Source of the DNA: a virus
IMG/VR virus record: IMGVR_UViG_3300048917_000273
Location: 1-57,132 of that record
Length of the DNA stretch: 57,132 nucleotides
Reading direction: 5' to 3' (one strand)
Shown: positions 17,881 to 26,039 of the stretch, piece by piece
Position numbering within the stretch: position 1 is the stretch's first letter
How the letters are laid out: every line of letters begins with the position of its first letter
Position numbers and translations under genes: made by a program
The notes under the pieces: model-generated
The model's input: the letters and a program-made list of their open reading frames with translations, nothing else
Databases searched by the model: none
Told to the model about the DNA's origin: nothing

Positions 17881-19760
17881 GCTGCCTCGTCGGCCAGCTC
17901 AAGCATGAGATGGCGGGCCAGGGAGCCGCGATCGTACGGCGCCTGCGTGCGGAGCAGGGTGAGCGCATACTGCTGCAGCGCGCTGCGGTAGCGGTGCATC
18001 TCGATGCCCGGGTACGTGACGCCGTCCAGCGATGACCATGCGTCGTCGAGCAGGCGCATGCAGTCCGACACCGGCAGGCGCGGCACCTGCAGGTACAGGT
18101 CGCGGGCGCGGCTCGTCACCGTGCCCGAGCCGATCTGCGACTTCAGCTTGTTGCCCGAGCGTTCGAGCGCGCGGAAGATCGACTGCTCGGCGGCGAGGAG
18201 GATCGCGTCGACGACGAACGGCGCGATCGGAACGACGGCGGCGGATGCCGCAATCGCCTCCGAGTCGGCCGGGTCGGGGATGTCGACCGTCGGATGCTGT
18301 TCCAGCGACGGCTGCGGCATCTCACCGCGCTGCTGGCCGCCCGCGTCCGACGGGATGCCGGTGAGGCCGAGCTTCGCGAGCGCGGCCGCCAGCTGGTCGG
18401 GAGACGCCGAGGTCTTGCGCGCCAGCTGGGAGAGGAACCAGGTCATCCGCTCCTTCTGGTCTGGCGCATCCGAGTCCGGGTCGAAGCCGTTCTCGATGAG
18501 CAGGGTGCGGCCGGAGATCTCGCCGCGGTCCCAAAGCTCGAACGCCTCCTGCGAGCGGTTCGGGCGCAGGCGCATCGCGGCGGTGTTCGCCTCGATGCTG
18601 TAGTCCTGCCAGTCCTCCACGTTCCACGCACGCAGGATCGGGTGCAGGTAGCCCTGCGTCAGCGAGGAGACGATGACGGCGAGCAGCGGCTCGGAGTGGA
18701 TCTTGATGGCCGCCTCGTCCGTCTGCCAGGACGACCAGTGGTTCATGTCGGCGGTGCCGGTGATGACCTCGGGCGGCATGTCCATGCCGACACCAACGGT
18801 CTTGCGCGCCTCCTCGCGGAGCTTCTGCGTGTACTCGTCGAAGCCGGTCCAGAAGTCGATCCACTGGACCTTCTCGAGGAACTCGCCCGGGGCGGCGATG
18901 ACCAGCGGGATGCCGGCGGCGGCCGAGTCGCGATCGCGCATCGCGATGGAGGCGATCTTGATCATCCGCTGGGTGAGCCCCTCGGAGATGCCGTCGGCCT
19001 GCTGGACGGACTGCATCTCCTCATCGGAGACGTCGAGCGTGGTGACCGGCATGGCGGGCATCTCGAGTTCGGACGGGACGAACAGGATGCCGTTGCCCTT
19101 CAGGCGTGAGTCGGCCTGCGACGCCACGACCTGATTGAGGCGCACGATCTCGGAGAGGGTCGGCAGCAGCGCGCGCGCCGGGCAGTCGCTGTCGATGGAG
19201 CTACGGGGGTGTGCCTTCCACAGGCGGATGGGCAGAGCGTTCGGGTCGATCGGCTCGCCCTCCACCGTCATGTTCCCGGTGGTCTCACCCTGCACTTCGA
19301 CGGACGCGACGACCATCCAGTCGTCGTCGTCGTTGGGATCCTTCGCGGGCGTGCCGATGATGAACGCCTCGCCCGCGACGGTGAAGTTCACGCCGAGCAG
19401 GCGGAGCATCTCCTCCTGGCCCTCGGTCCCGCCGAACAGCGACGCCATCGCGTCGAGCACGAGCGGGTCCGTGGCGGGCTTCCCGTCCTTGCCGACGGCG
19501 TACAGGATCGCCTTCGACAGCAGGTTGCCGACGTACGAACAGCCCGAGCGGAACTCGGGCACCTGGTCGTACATGTCCCAGAGGCTGTTCTGCCACTCGC
19601 TCCGCCTGGTCCGGCGGCCGACCTGGCGCAGCTTCTGCGCGCCGGGCCCACCGCCAGGAGCATAGGTCTTCGCCGATGCGACCAGCGAGTTGCTGGGTGT
19701 GCCCTCGATCGGACTGGGGGTGTTGACCACCTCGTACCGATAAACCGTTCCCCGCGGCAT
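17877..19760 (-). CDS. portal protein
   Basis: ORF track, 627 aa. Size and position between terminase and the MuF/protease gene support the call. Its stop overlaps the downstream start. Confidence 0.8.
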   Translation of the reverse strand: MPRGTVYRYEVVNTPSPIEGTPSNSLVASAKTYAPGGGPGAQKLRQVGRRTRRSEWQNSLWDMYDQVPEFRSGCSYVGNLLSKAILYAVGKDGKPATDPLVLDAMASLFGGTEGQEEMLRLLGVNFTVAGEAFIIGTPAKDPNDDDDWMVVASVEVQGETTGNMTVEGEPIDPNALPIRLWKAHPRSSIDSDCPARALLPTLSEIVRLNQVVASQADSRLKGNGILFVPSELEMPAMPVTTLDVSDEEMQSVQQADGISEGLTQRMIKIASIAMRDRDSAAAGIPLVIAAPGEFLEKVQWIDFWTGFDEYTQKLREEARKTVGVGMDMPPEVITGTADMNHWSSWQTDEAAIKIHSEPLLAVIVSSLTQGYLHPILRAWNVEDWQDYSIEANTAAMRLRPNRSQEAFELWDRGEISGRTLLIENGFDPDSDAPDQKERMTWFLSQLARKTSASPDQLAAALAKLGLTGIPSDAGGQQRGEMPQPSLEQHPTVDIPDPADSEAIAASAAVVPIAPFVVDAILLAAEQSIFRALERSGNKLKSQIGSGTVTSRARDLYLQVPRLPVSDCMRLLDDAWSSLDGVTYPGIEMHRYRSALQQYALTLLRTQAPYDRGSLARHLMLELADEAA

Positions 19761-19829
19761 GGCTACCCTTCTACACCGGTGCTCTGGCTGCGCCCCTCTG
19801 CGGCATCATAGCGCGAGGGGCATCGCCCG

Positions 19830-20192
19830 TCAGTCATTGCTGGCGGGCTCGTCCCGCACGATGACCATGCTGATCAGGTACGCGATCGCGCCCCATCCCC
19901 AGAATAGCCACCACGTCCAGGCGATCCAGACGACCGTGAACGAGAGCATGAACCAGCCGATGCACACCAGCGCCACCCACGGAGTCAGGCACCAGGGGCA
20001 GTACATGAGGTCGTTCCACGCCTGGTGGTTGTGCTTCACGACCCAGTTCGTCCAGGTCTGCCGCCACCACATGGCGGGCGGGAACTTGTCGTAGGTCGCC
20101 ACACGCACCCAGCGGCCGACGCCGAGCACGGCGACCCCCAGCGCGAACAGCGGCCACCAGTTCCCGATGGCAGCGATCAGACTCTCGACCAT
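19830..20192 (-). CDS. Trp-rich multi-pass membrane protein with CPWC motif
   Basis: C-terminal 120 aa of ORF 19830..21548, starting at ATG 20192 (MVESLIAAIGNWWPLF...). It has 3 hydrophobic segments and overlaps the terminase 3' end by 16 nt. Confidence 0.7.
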   Translation of the reverse strand: MVESLIAAIGNWWPLFALGVAVLGVGRWVRVATYDKFPPAMWWRQTWTNWVVKHNHQAWNDLMYCPWCLTPWVALVCIGWFMLSFTVVWIAWTWWLFWGWGAIAYLISMVIVRDEPASND

Positions 20193-21712
20193 GGCTTGCT
20201 CCTCTTGATCTCTCGCTTGCGGGCCAGCGACCCCGGCCCGCTGTAGTTGTCCTGCGTCAGCTTCTGGCTGAGCGTCTTGCTCGACGAGCCCATGTCGACG
20301 CGTCCGCCCGCGCGCGTCAGCGCGGATGCCACCCAGACCCAGGCGTCCAGCCGGTTCGGCGACTTGCCCTCGCCGGGGATCCACGACACCAGTTCGGACT
20401 CGAGCTTCGCCAGCTTGCCGCCGCGGCGGTGCCGGGCCATGTGCTGCTCGTACTTCGCCGAGATCGGCTCGGCTCGCATGCGCTTGCCGTCCGTCGCCTT
20501 CGCCTCGATGATGCGGCCCTTGAAGCCCTCGGCCTTCAGCGTCGCCCGACACATGTCGCCGCCGTAGTTCCGCTCGACCACGATCGCGTCGGCCTTGTAC
20601 TTCTCGTACGCGCCGATCGCTGCCTGCGCCCAGCCCGACGGCGAGAACTTCCCCGACAGGTCGTCGATCGCGTGCAGCATCTCGCCGCGCTTGCCGCCGA
20701 CGATGATGCCGGTCTGGTCCGAGCGCTTGTTGTTCGAGCCCGCCGGGTCGATGCCGACGAGCACGCGGTCCATCGACACGTCCTCGAGGTTGAAGTAGAA
20801 GTCCTCCTCGGAGAACTGCAGCGACGACCACAGCGCACCCTCGCGGTCGTCGATGATCTCTCCATGGATCTCCTGGCGGCCGAGGTAGGTGCCCTCGTAG
20901 CGCGCCAGGATCTTCTTCACGACGGATGCCGCGAGGTTGTCCATGTTGTCGTAGGTCGACCCGCCGACGTAGACGGTGTCGTCCTCGGCGATCAGCTTCT
21001 TGATGAACTCGCTCGGCAGCGGCGTCGTCGTGGCGAGCGCGTGCGGGCGCACGCCGATGCGGTTCGCGAACAGCGCCTGGTCCCACGCCTCCTGCGGGTC
21101 GTCCCAGTGCGCGGGCTCGTCCGCCCAGAAGTAGCCGAAGTTGCCGCCTCGGATTCGGGCCGGTTCCTCGGCCGTGTAGAGCGACGCGACCGCGCCGTTC
21201 TGGAATGTGAAGCGCGCCTTGGACGGCTCGTACATCCCCTTCTCGTACACGCCTGCGGCCTCGCAGGTACGGATCAGACCGGACGGACCCTCGATCATGA
21301 CGGAGCGCACGGCGGGGCCCGTGGGGCCGATGAGCGCGATGAACGGGATCTTGCTCGTGACGTAGAGGCTGTACTGCGAGCCGGTCCTGGTCTTGCCCGC
21401 GCCACGACCAGCGCCGAGCAGCCAGGTGTACCAGTCGGCGCCGAGCGGCGGGTACTGCGAGCCGCGCTGATCCTCGCGCTTCGAGCCGCGCGCGTGCGGG
21501 TAGTTGTAAACGCCGTGCGGGCGGCCGTCGCAGGTGCGATCGCCACAAAACCAGACCTTGCGCTCCTCGTCGAGGCGGCGATTCACCCGGCGGGACAGGT
21601 CCGCCTTGGCCTTCGGCGACATCTTCGCGATGTAGGCGCGCAGTTCCTCGGCCGAGGCATCCGGCCCGGGCGGCTCGGACTCTTTCGCCAGCCAGCGCTT
21701 CTCAGGCTCCAT
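20177..21712 (-). CDS. terminase large subunit
   Basis: ORF track, 511 aa. Walker A motif GAGRGAGKT, with a nuclease-type C-terminal half. Confidence 0.9.
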   Translation of the reverse strand: MEPEKRWLAKESEPPGPDASAEELRAYIAKMSPKAKADLSRRVNRRLDEERKVWFCGDRTCDGRPHGVYNYPHARGSKREDQRGSQYPPLGADWYTWLLGAGRGAGKTRTGSQYSLYVTSKIPFIALIGPTGPAVRSVMIEGPSGLIRTCEAAGVYEKGMYEPSKARFTFQNGAVASLYTAEEPARIRGGNFGYFWADEPAHWDDPQEAWDQALFANRIGVRPHALATTTPLPSEFIKKLIAEDDTVYVGGSTYDNMDNLAASVVKKILARYEGTYLGRQEIHGEIIDDREGALWSSLQFSEEDFYFNLEDVSMDRVLVGIDPAGSNNKRSDQTGIIVGGKRGEMLHAIDDLSGKFSPSGWAQAAIGAYEKYKADAIVVERNYGGDMCRATLKAEGFKGRIIEAKATDGKRMRAEPISAKYEQHMARHRRGGKLAKLESELVSWIPGEGKSPNRLDAWVWVASALTRAGGRVDMGSSSKTLSQKLTQDNYSGPGSLARKREIKRSKPWSRV

Positions 21713-22067
21713 CGTCGGGCTCCTTCCAGGAGATCAGCGAGCCGATCTCCCAGTCCCCGAAGATGGTCCCGGCCGGATCGAGCGCTCGGCTGCCATTCTC
21801 CCGCGTGATACGCGGGTCGCGCGCGAGCACGTCGTGCAGATCGCGCCCGGTGTCGAAGCATGCGAGTGCATACAGCGCGCGGCGGGCGTACGCGGCGGGC
21901 GACATGCGCCGCGCGCGCGCCGCGGCGAGGATCATCGGCCGCATCTCCTCCGAGATGAGCACGGAGAGCATTGGCTGCTTCGGCTGAGCGGCCGGGAGCG
22001 CGTCGACGTCAGCCAGGAGGGACGCCATGCGCTCATCCCGCGGCACAGGGCGGATCGGGCGGGCCAT
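21702..22067 (-). CDS. ribbon-helix-helix-like protein between the terminase subunits
   Basis: ORF track, 121 aa. LSVLISEEMRPMILAAARARRMSPAAYARRAL fits a beta-strand plus two-helix RHH pattern. Confidence 0.65.
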   Translation of the reverse strand: MARPIRPVPRDERMASLLADVDALPAAQPKQPMLSVLISEEMRPMILAAARARRMSPAAYARRALYALACFDTGRDLHDVLARDPRITRENGSRALDPAGTIFGDWEIGSLISWKEPDDGA

Positions 22068-22732
22068 CAGGCGTCGCCACCCTCCTCGGGAGTGCGCTCA
22101 ATCGCGGGGATCGCGTCCCATTCGATCACCTCGGCGTCCACGATGTCCTCGTGGCCGGACAGCTGCACCATCCGCTCCACCATCCGCTCGAGATCGACCT
22201 CGGTCGGGGTGAACTCGACCTTGGTGGGGGCCTTCGCCCCGGTGAGGGTAGCGATGTTCATCAGATCGCTCGATGCCTGCTGGTGCCATTGCAGCTTCTT
22301 GTCGTTCGCGACGCGCTCGCCGTCGTCGTCGACCAGATAGTCGGCTGTCGCCATGGCGATCGACTGCTTGTAGAGTTCCTCAGCCCGAGAGACGACGAGC
22401 GCGCGCTGCATGTCGATCTCTTCGGGGGTCAGTGTGGCCGCGATGACGGACTCGACGGCGCGCTTGGCGTCCATCGCGGTCGGGAAGTCGAGTTCCTCGG
22501 CGATCTCGAGGTACGAGAAGCCCCGCGACTTCAGCTTCATGGCCGCGCGGTTGCGGTTCGACACCCCGCGGCGGACCTCATCGCCCGTCAGCTGGGGCAC
22601 AGGCGCCGGAAGGTGCGGGATGCCGTGGCGATCTGCCCCGTCCTCACCGTCCCGGCCCCTGCGATTGCCCCCACCGGCCGCGTGACGGGGCGGGTTGGGC
22701 TCCTCGAAGTCCATGAACACGGCGTCCGTCAC
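22067..22732 (-). CDS. terminase small subunit (HTH)
   Basis: ORF 22067..22846 frame. GTG at 22732 with a GGAGGA SD and a GTGA overlap with the upstream small gene (alternative ATG at 22714). LuxR/sigma-r4-like HTH: GFSYLEIAEELDF. Confidence 0.6.
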   Translation of the reverse strand: MTDAVFMDFEEPNPPRHAAGGGNRRGRDGEDGADRHGIPHLPAPVPQLTGDEVRRGVSNRNRAAMKLKSRGFSYLEIAEELDFPTAMDAKRAVESVIAATLTPEEIDMQRALVVSRAEELYKQSIAMATADYLVDDDGERVANDKKLQWHQQASSDLMNIATLTGAKAPTKVEFTPTEVDLERMVERMVQLSGHEDIVDAEVIEWDAIPAIERTPEEGGDA

Positions 22733-22899
22733 TTCATCCTCCGCTTCACGGCTGTAGCCACCGCGTCCCGGACGAAATCTGAGCGAGCCTGCTCGCCGCG
22801 TGCGACGTTCATCGCCTCCATCTCCTCGAAGGAGAAGCGGACGCACACGGTCGAGTCTCGATTGACGCCCAGCACGGGCGGTCTCCCTGTCCTCGCCAT
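22729..22899 (-). CDS. small ribbon-helix-helix protein (56 aa)
   Basis: Hand translation: MARTGRPPVLGVNRDSTVCVRFSFEEMEAMNVARGEQARSDFVRDAVATAVKRRMK. Its stop overlaps the GTG of the next gene. It is below the ORF-track cutoff. Confidence 0.5.
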   Translation of the reverse strand: MARTGRPPVLGVNRDSTVCVRFSFEEMEAMNVARGEQARSDFVRDAVATAVKRRMK

Positions 22900-22909
22900 G
22901 ATCCCGAAC

Positions 22910-22923
22910 GTATCACAGAAGTC
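22910..22923 (-). repeat. 14-bp exact repeat GACTTCTGTGATAC (minus sense), copy 2
   Basis: Identical to 7228..7241. It overlaps the stop of 22922..23185 and lies 10 nt upstream of ATG 22899. Confidence 0.8.
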
Positions 22924-23185
22924 AGCGACGACCGTGGTGACGGTGCCAGCGCGCGTAGCTGGACGACAGCCCCCACCAGACGAAGTTGAACAGCGCGAGC
23001 GCCACGACGGCGACGATGAGCACGCCGACCACCCACTGGAAGAAGAAGATCGCGAGCACGACGCCGACCACGCCGAGCAGACCCCAGCCGATCGACTTCG
23101 TCAGGGCGACGGCATCCGCGCGCGCGGCGCGGCGCTCGTCCTTCACGACCTCCTCCTGCGACTTCAGCACGGTGACCATGGTCAC
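22922..23185 (-). CDS. small membrane protein
   Basis: ORF track, 87 aa, with two hydrophobic helices (IGWGLLGVVGVVLAIFFFQWVVGVLIVAVVALALF). Confidence 0.7.
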   Translation of the reverse strand: MTMVTVLKSQEEVVKDERRAARADAVALTKSIGWGLLGVVGVVLAIFFFQWVVGVLIVAVVALALFNFVWWGLSSSYARWHRHHGRR

Positions 23186-23574
23186 TCCCTCCCCGTCCCA
23201 AGCTTGGGACGCGCTGTCTCGATCCGGATGACGGGCGTCGTCCGGTTGTAAGTCTCCTCGCCGATCGGCTCCGGCAGAACGTCGATCGTGTAGACCCGCT
23301 GCTCATGTAGGTCGATGACGACCCAGTCGCCGCGGCGGATGTCAAACTCCCACGTCTGGCCGTCGGCCACGCGCTCGATCGTGAGGAACCAGTAGCATGC
23401 GCCACTGCTGTTGGTCTCGAACCGACTCTCGCGGAGGATGCCGCCGCGCGCGCGCAGTTCCTCGGCGAGTTCGGTGGTACCCTCCATCGCCCTCGCGTGC
23501 GTGCCGTCCCACTGGAAGACGACCTGCTCGAGGACGCGATGCTGCAGCATCGACGACGGGATGACGTGTCTCAT
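23182..23574 (-). CDS. hypothetical protein
   Basis: ORF track, 130 aa, with ATGA/GTGA overlaps at both ends. Confidence 0.75.
   Translation of the reverse strand: MRHVIPSSMLQHRVLEQVVFQWDGTHARAMEGTTELAEELRARGGILRESRFETNSSGACYWFLTIERVADGQTWEFDIRRGDWVVIDLHEQRVYTIDVLPEPIGEETYNRTTPVIRIETARPKLGTGRE
23195..23210. repeat. 16-bp palindrome copy
   Basis: GTCCCAAGCTTGGGAC. It lies in the 3' end of 23182..23574 (read as RPKLGT), 9 nt before the next start. Confidence 0.9.
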
Positions 23575-23843
23575 GAGAACGTCACCCCCATGTCACCCTC
23601 GAAGCACTTCCCGCATAGCGCATTCGGCTGGACGATGTGAACTTCGGCTGTTAGCCACGGCACCTTCGGGCTCAGCTGAATGCGCGTGAAATATGGCGAC
23701 CTTGAGCCGAGCACCTCGTGCGCGAGCACGCCGCGACGCTCGAGGTCGGCCGCCGACTCGGCGGCCCACCCGACCAACTGGCGAGAGCGAGCGACGAACG
23801 CCTCCGCTGCCTCCGCCTTGGTGTACTCCTCGGTGTCAAGCAT
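23571..23843 (-). CDS. hypothetical protein
   Basis: ORF track, 90 aa, with overlapping junctions. Confidence 0.7.
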   Translation of the reverse strand: MLDTEEYTKAEAAEAFVARSRQLVGWAAESAADLERRGVLAHEVLGSRSPYFTRIQLSPKVPWLTAEVHIVQPNALCGKCFEGDMGVTFS

Positions 23844-24267
23844 CCGCCTGCTCCACTTCTGCGGGGTCGATGACGGTCAGGCGCACGGCCATGCGAACGT
23901 CGCCCAGGGTTGCCTCGACGGTCTCGGTGGATCCGGCGCCGAGGAAGCGCGCGCGGCCGATCTGCATGGAGCGGCGACGCAGCTGGTCGATGCAGCCGCA
24001 GTACAGCGCGTAGCTGTACGCCTTCGCCGCCATCCACGAGATGTCGGCGACCTTGTCGCTGGTGAACTCGATGCGCAGCAGGATGCCCGCCGAGTCGGTC
24101 GACTGGTCGATGACGCCACGGCCGACGGCATAGGGCACCGGAACCCAGCGCCCGGAGCCATCGCTGAGGGCCTCGGACTCCATCTGGCGCTGCATCAGCT
24201 GCAGGGTCGAGTAGCCCCAGTCGCTCAGGTCGATGAGGCGGATGCGGGATTCGAGCTTGGTGCTCAT
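23836..24267 (-). CDS. hypothetical protein
   Basis: ORF track, 143 aa, with an ATGA overlap with the upstream gene. Confidence 0.75.
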   Translation of the reverse strand: MSTKLESRIRLIDLSDWGYSTLQLMQRQMESEALSDGSGRWVPVPYAVGRGVIDQSTDSAGILLRIEFTSDKVADISWMAAKAYSYALYCGCIDQLRRRSMQIGRARFLGAGSTETVEATLGDVRMAVRLTVIDPAEVEQADA

Positions 24268-24704
24268 CTCAGTTCCTCCATGTTCGGCTTGGGTGTGATG
24301 CGCCGGGCGTCAGCCCAGACTTTGCGGGATCCACGCCAGCCGACGTGGGGGTTGATCTGCCACATCGTCGACGACGAGCGCAGCAGGATGCCTGCCTTTC
24401 GCAGCGGGGCGATGGCGCGGTAGAAGTTCTTCGACGTGAGCCCAGCTTCGGTGGCGATCTCCGTCGCCGTCATCCGCGCCCAGGGCTGTCCCTCGCGATA
24501 GTCGGCGAGCACGACGTCGATGATCTTCATCTGCGTAGGCGACAGCGCCGAGAGGTACTCGGCCAGCGCGTGCACTGGGATCTGCATGTACATCACCTCT
24601 TCATCGGCGTACGCTCGGCGTTGCGGAGTCCTGACCTTGGCCGGAGTGATCTCGCCGTTCTCGTGAATCGTCCCGACTACGGGCCCGTTGAATTCCCCTG
24701 GCAT
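24264..24704 (-). CDS. winged-helix DNA-binding protein, first gene of the leftward arm
   Basis: ORF track, 146 aa. MTATEIATEAGLTSKNFYRAIAPLRKAGILLR resembles a MarR-like wHTH. Confidence 0.7.
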   Translation of the reverse strand: MPGEFNGPVVGTIHENGEITPAKVRTPQRRAYADEEVMYMQIPVHALAEYLSALSPTQMKIIDVVLADYREGQPWARMTATEIATEAGLTSKNFYRAIAPLRKAGILLRSSSTMWQINPHVGWRGSRKVWADARRITPKPNMEELR

Positions 24705-24735
24705 GGAAGTAACTATACCCCCAGGATGGAAGTAA
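24703..24735. repeat. direct repeats ATGGAAGTAA x2 (23-bp period), with a degenerate third copy at 24752..24759
   Basis: Copies at 24703-24712 and 24726-24735. The first overlaps the start codon of 24264..24704. Confidence 0.7.
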
Positions 24736-24741
24736 GGTCAC
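24712..24741 (-). promoter_or_regulatory. candidate leftward promoter giving a leaderless transcript
   Basis: In minus sense: GTGACC/TGACCT (-35-like), a 17-18 nt spacer, then TATAGT (-10, plus coordinates 24712-24717). The -10 ends 7 nt before ATG 24704. Confidence 0.4.
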
Positions 24742-24931
24742 CCCGAGGAGCGAAGTGACCGAATGGGCACCTTCCCCTACTCCCGACTGGGATCGCCCCG
24801 AGTCCTTGTGTCTTCTGTATCTATTCATCCCTCTCAGCCACCTCCTCAGGGTGACGAGCGCTGGGGTTCCCAGGGTGAGTCACGTCCCTCCACTTCTGTC
24901 TAACAAAATATCAGAGGCGACCCCTGCCCTC

Positions 24932-24948
24932 CATCTGTAATACAGATG
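24932..24948. repeat. 17-bp palindrome CATCTGTA-A-TACAGATG in the AT-richer control region
   Basis: Read directly. It is followed by a GTCCCGAG half-site. Confidence 0.7.
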
Positions 24949-25080
24949 TCCCGAGAACACACGCCCGAGTGGAGGACCGGGTAGCGTCCCCCCGCCGCGC
25001 CGCGGACCGAACGGGCGACGTGGGGGCCCGTGTGTGTGGGCCCGGTGGGCGGCATCCGGCGCGCGGCGCGTGGCAGACGG

Positions 25081-25125
25081 AGCGGCCGCCGATTTCCCCT
25101 CGCGGTGGGCTGATCGGCGGCCGCT
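25081..25125 (-). terminator. hairpin terminator of the stand-alone leftward gene
   Basis: AGCGGCCGCCGAT, a 19-nt loop, then ATCGGCGGCCGCT (13-bp perfect stem), 9 nt after the stop at 25135. Confidence 0.6.
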
Positions 25126-25134
25126 GTGGTTGCG

Positions 25135-25908
25135 TCAGACGTTGACGGTACGTCCGGCCGTGACTGCCTCCTCGACGGCGGCGCTGATCGCGGTGAACAC
25201 GGCGAGGTCGGATTCTGCGACCGTGAATCCCTTAACGCTGACGCGGCGTGCGACTTCGGACAGGAGGTCGGACAGGCCCGCCGCTCCCAGCGTGGCGGCT
25301 TTACCCTGCGGCGCGTCTTTGCCGTGCGACGCCGGGGCGGCGGATTCGGGTTCCGGCGCGCTGGTGTCGGCCGTGGACTTTGCGCCTGCCACGCGAGTCT
25401 GCGGGCCTCGCTTTTCGGTGCTGATCGCGGCCGCGTATTCTGCGGCGGCGGCGCGCTTCGCTTCGGCTTCCACGGCCTTGACCATTGCCGCGCCAGTGCG
25501 GCTCTTGGCGGCGGTGTCGACGGCGGCGAGGACGTCGGCGCTTCCGACGTAGTTGGCCAGGCTGACGACGGCGGCCGCGACGCTGACGCGCTGTGCGTCC
25601 GTCAGCTTCGGGCCGGTCTCGCCGACTGCGAGGATGGCCCGGGCGGCGACGTCGTAGCGGCCGATGCTGGACTTGCTGAATCCGCGGACGGGCGTGCCGC
25701 CGTTTGCGAACGTTACGGCCGCGACCATTTGGCGGATGCTGGACGCGCCCGCGGCTTTGAGGTCGACGATGGCCTGGACGCGGTTTCGTTCGTCCAGTGC
25801 GGTGACGCTGAACGCGTCGACGACACGGGTGAGCAGGTCCGGCGCGATGAGTGCGACCTCGGCGGGTGCCGTGGTGGCGGCGGGTGCGGTGCTGGTGGAC
25901 TTCGACAT
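25135..25908 (-). CDS. stand-alone leftward gene; Ala-rich protein with a possible HTH (candidate regulator)
   Basis: ORF track, 257 aa. GGGAGG SD. It has its own promoter-like element and terminator. SSIRQMVAAV..GFSKSSIGRYDVAARAI is HTH-like by eye only. Confidence 0.75.
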   Translation of the reverse strand: MSKSTSTAPAATTAPAEVALIAPDLLTRVVDAFSVTALDERNRVQAIVDLKAAGASSIRQMVAAVTFANGGTPVRGFSKSSIGRYDVAARAILAVGETGPKLTDAQRVSVAAAVVSLANYVGSADVLAAVDTAAKSRTGAAMVKAVEAEAKRAAAAEYAAAISTEKRGPQTRVAGAKSTADTSAPEPESAAPASHGKDAPQGKAATLGAAGLSDLLSEVARRVSVKGFTVAESDLAVFTAISAAVEEAVTAGRTVNV

Positions 25909-25950
25909 TTGGTGCCTCCCGGCGGTAGGTGCCGTTCCCCTGCGGAACGA

Positions 25951-25987
25951 CTAGGTACATAGTCCACCCTAGCGGGGCGAGTGTCAA
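25951..25987 (-). promoter_or_regulatory. leftward promoter PL with a CTAGG/CCTAG inverted repeat
   Basis: In minus sense: TTGACA (plus coordinates 25982-25987), then ctcgccccg, CTAGGG, tg, GACTAT. The inverted-repeat arms are at 25951-25955 and 25968-25972. The layout matches the three rightward promoters. Confidence 0.5.
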
Positions 25988-26008
25988 GTCTGGTTGCGCT
26001 GTGCAACT

Positions 26009-26024
26009 GTCCCGAGGTTGGGAC
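26009..26024. repeat. 16-bp palindrome copy (arm variant)
   Basis: GTCCCGAGGTTGGGAC. It sits exactly between the divergent -35 boxes at 25982-25987 and 26040-26045. Confidence 0.85.
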
Positions 26025-26039
26025 ACCTGCGGCGGCCGG

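Noticed and set aside
14545-17991. Very long alternative-frame ORFs in the track: 14545..17991 (+), 3073..5676 (+), 37177..38904 (-), 1249..3030 (-), and the N-terminal 450 aa of 19830..21548 (-)
   Set aside because: These are Arg/Gly/Pro/Ala-rich shadow ORFs typical of high-GC DNA. They lie antisense to or out of frame with genes that have clear motifs and strong GC3 bias.
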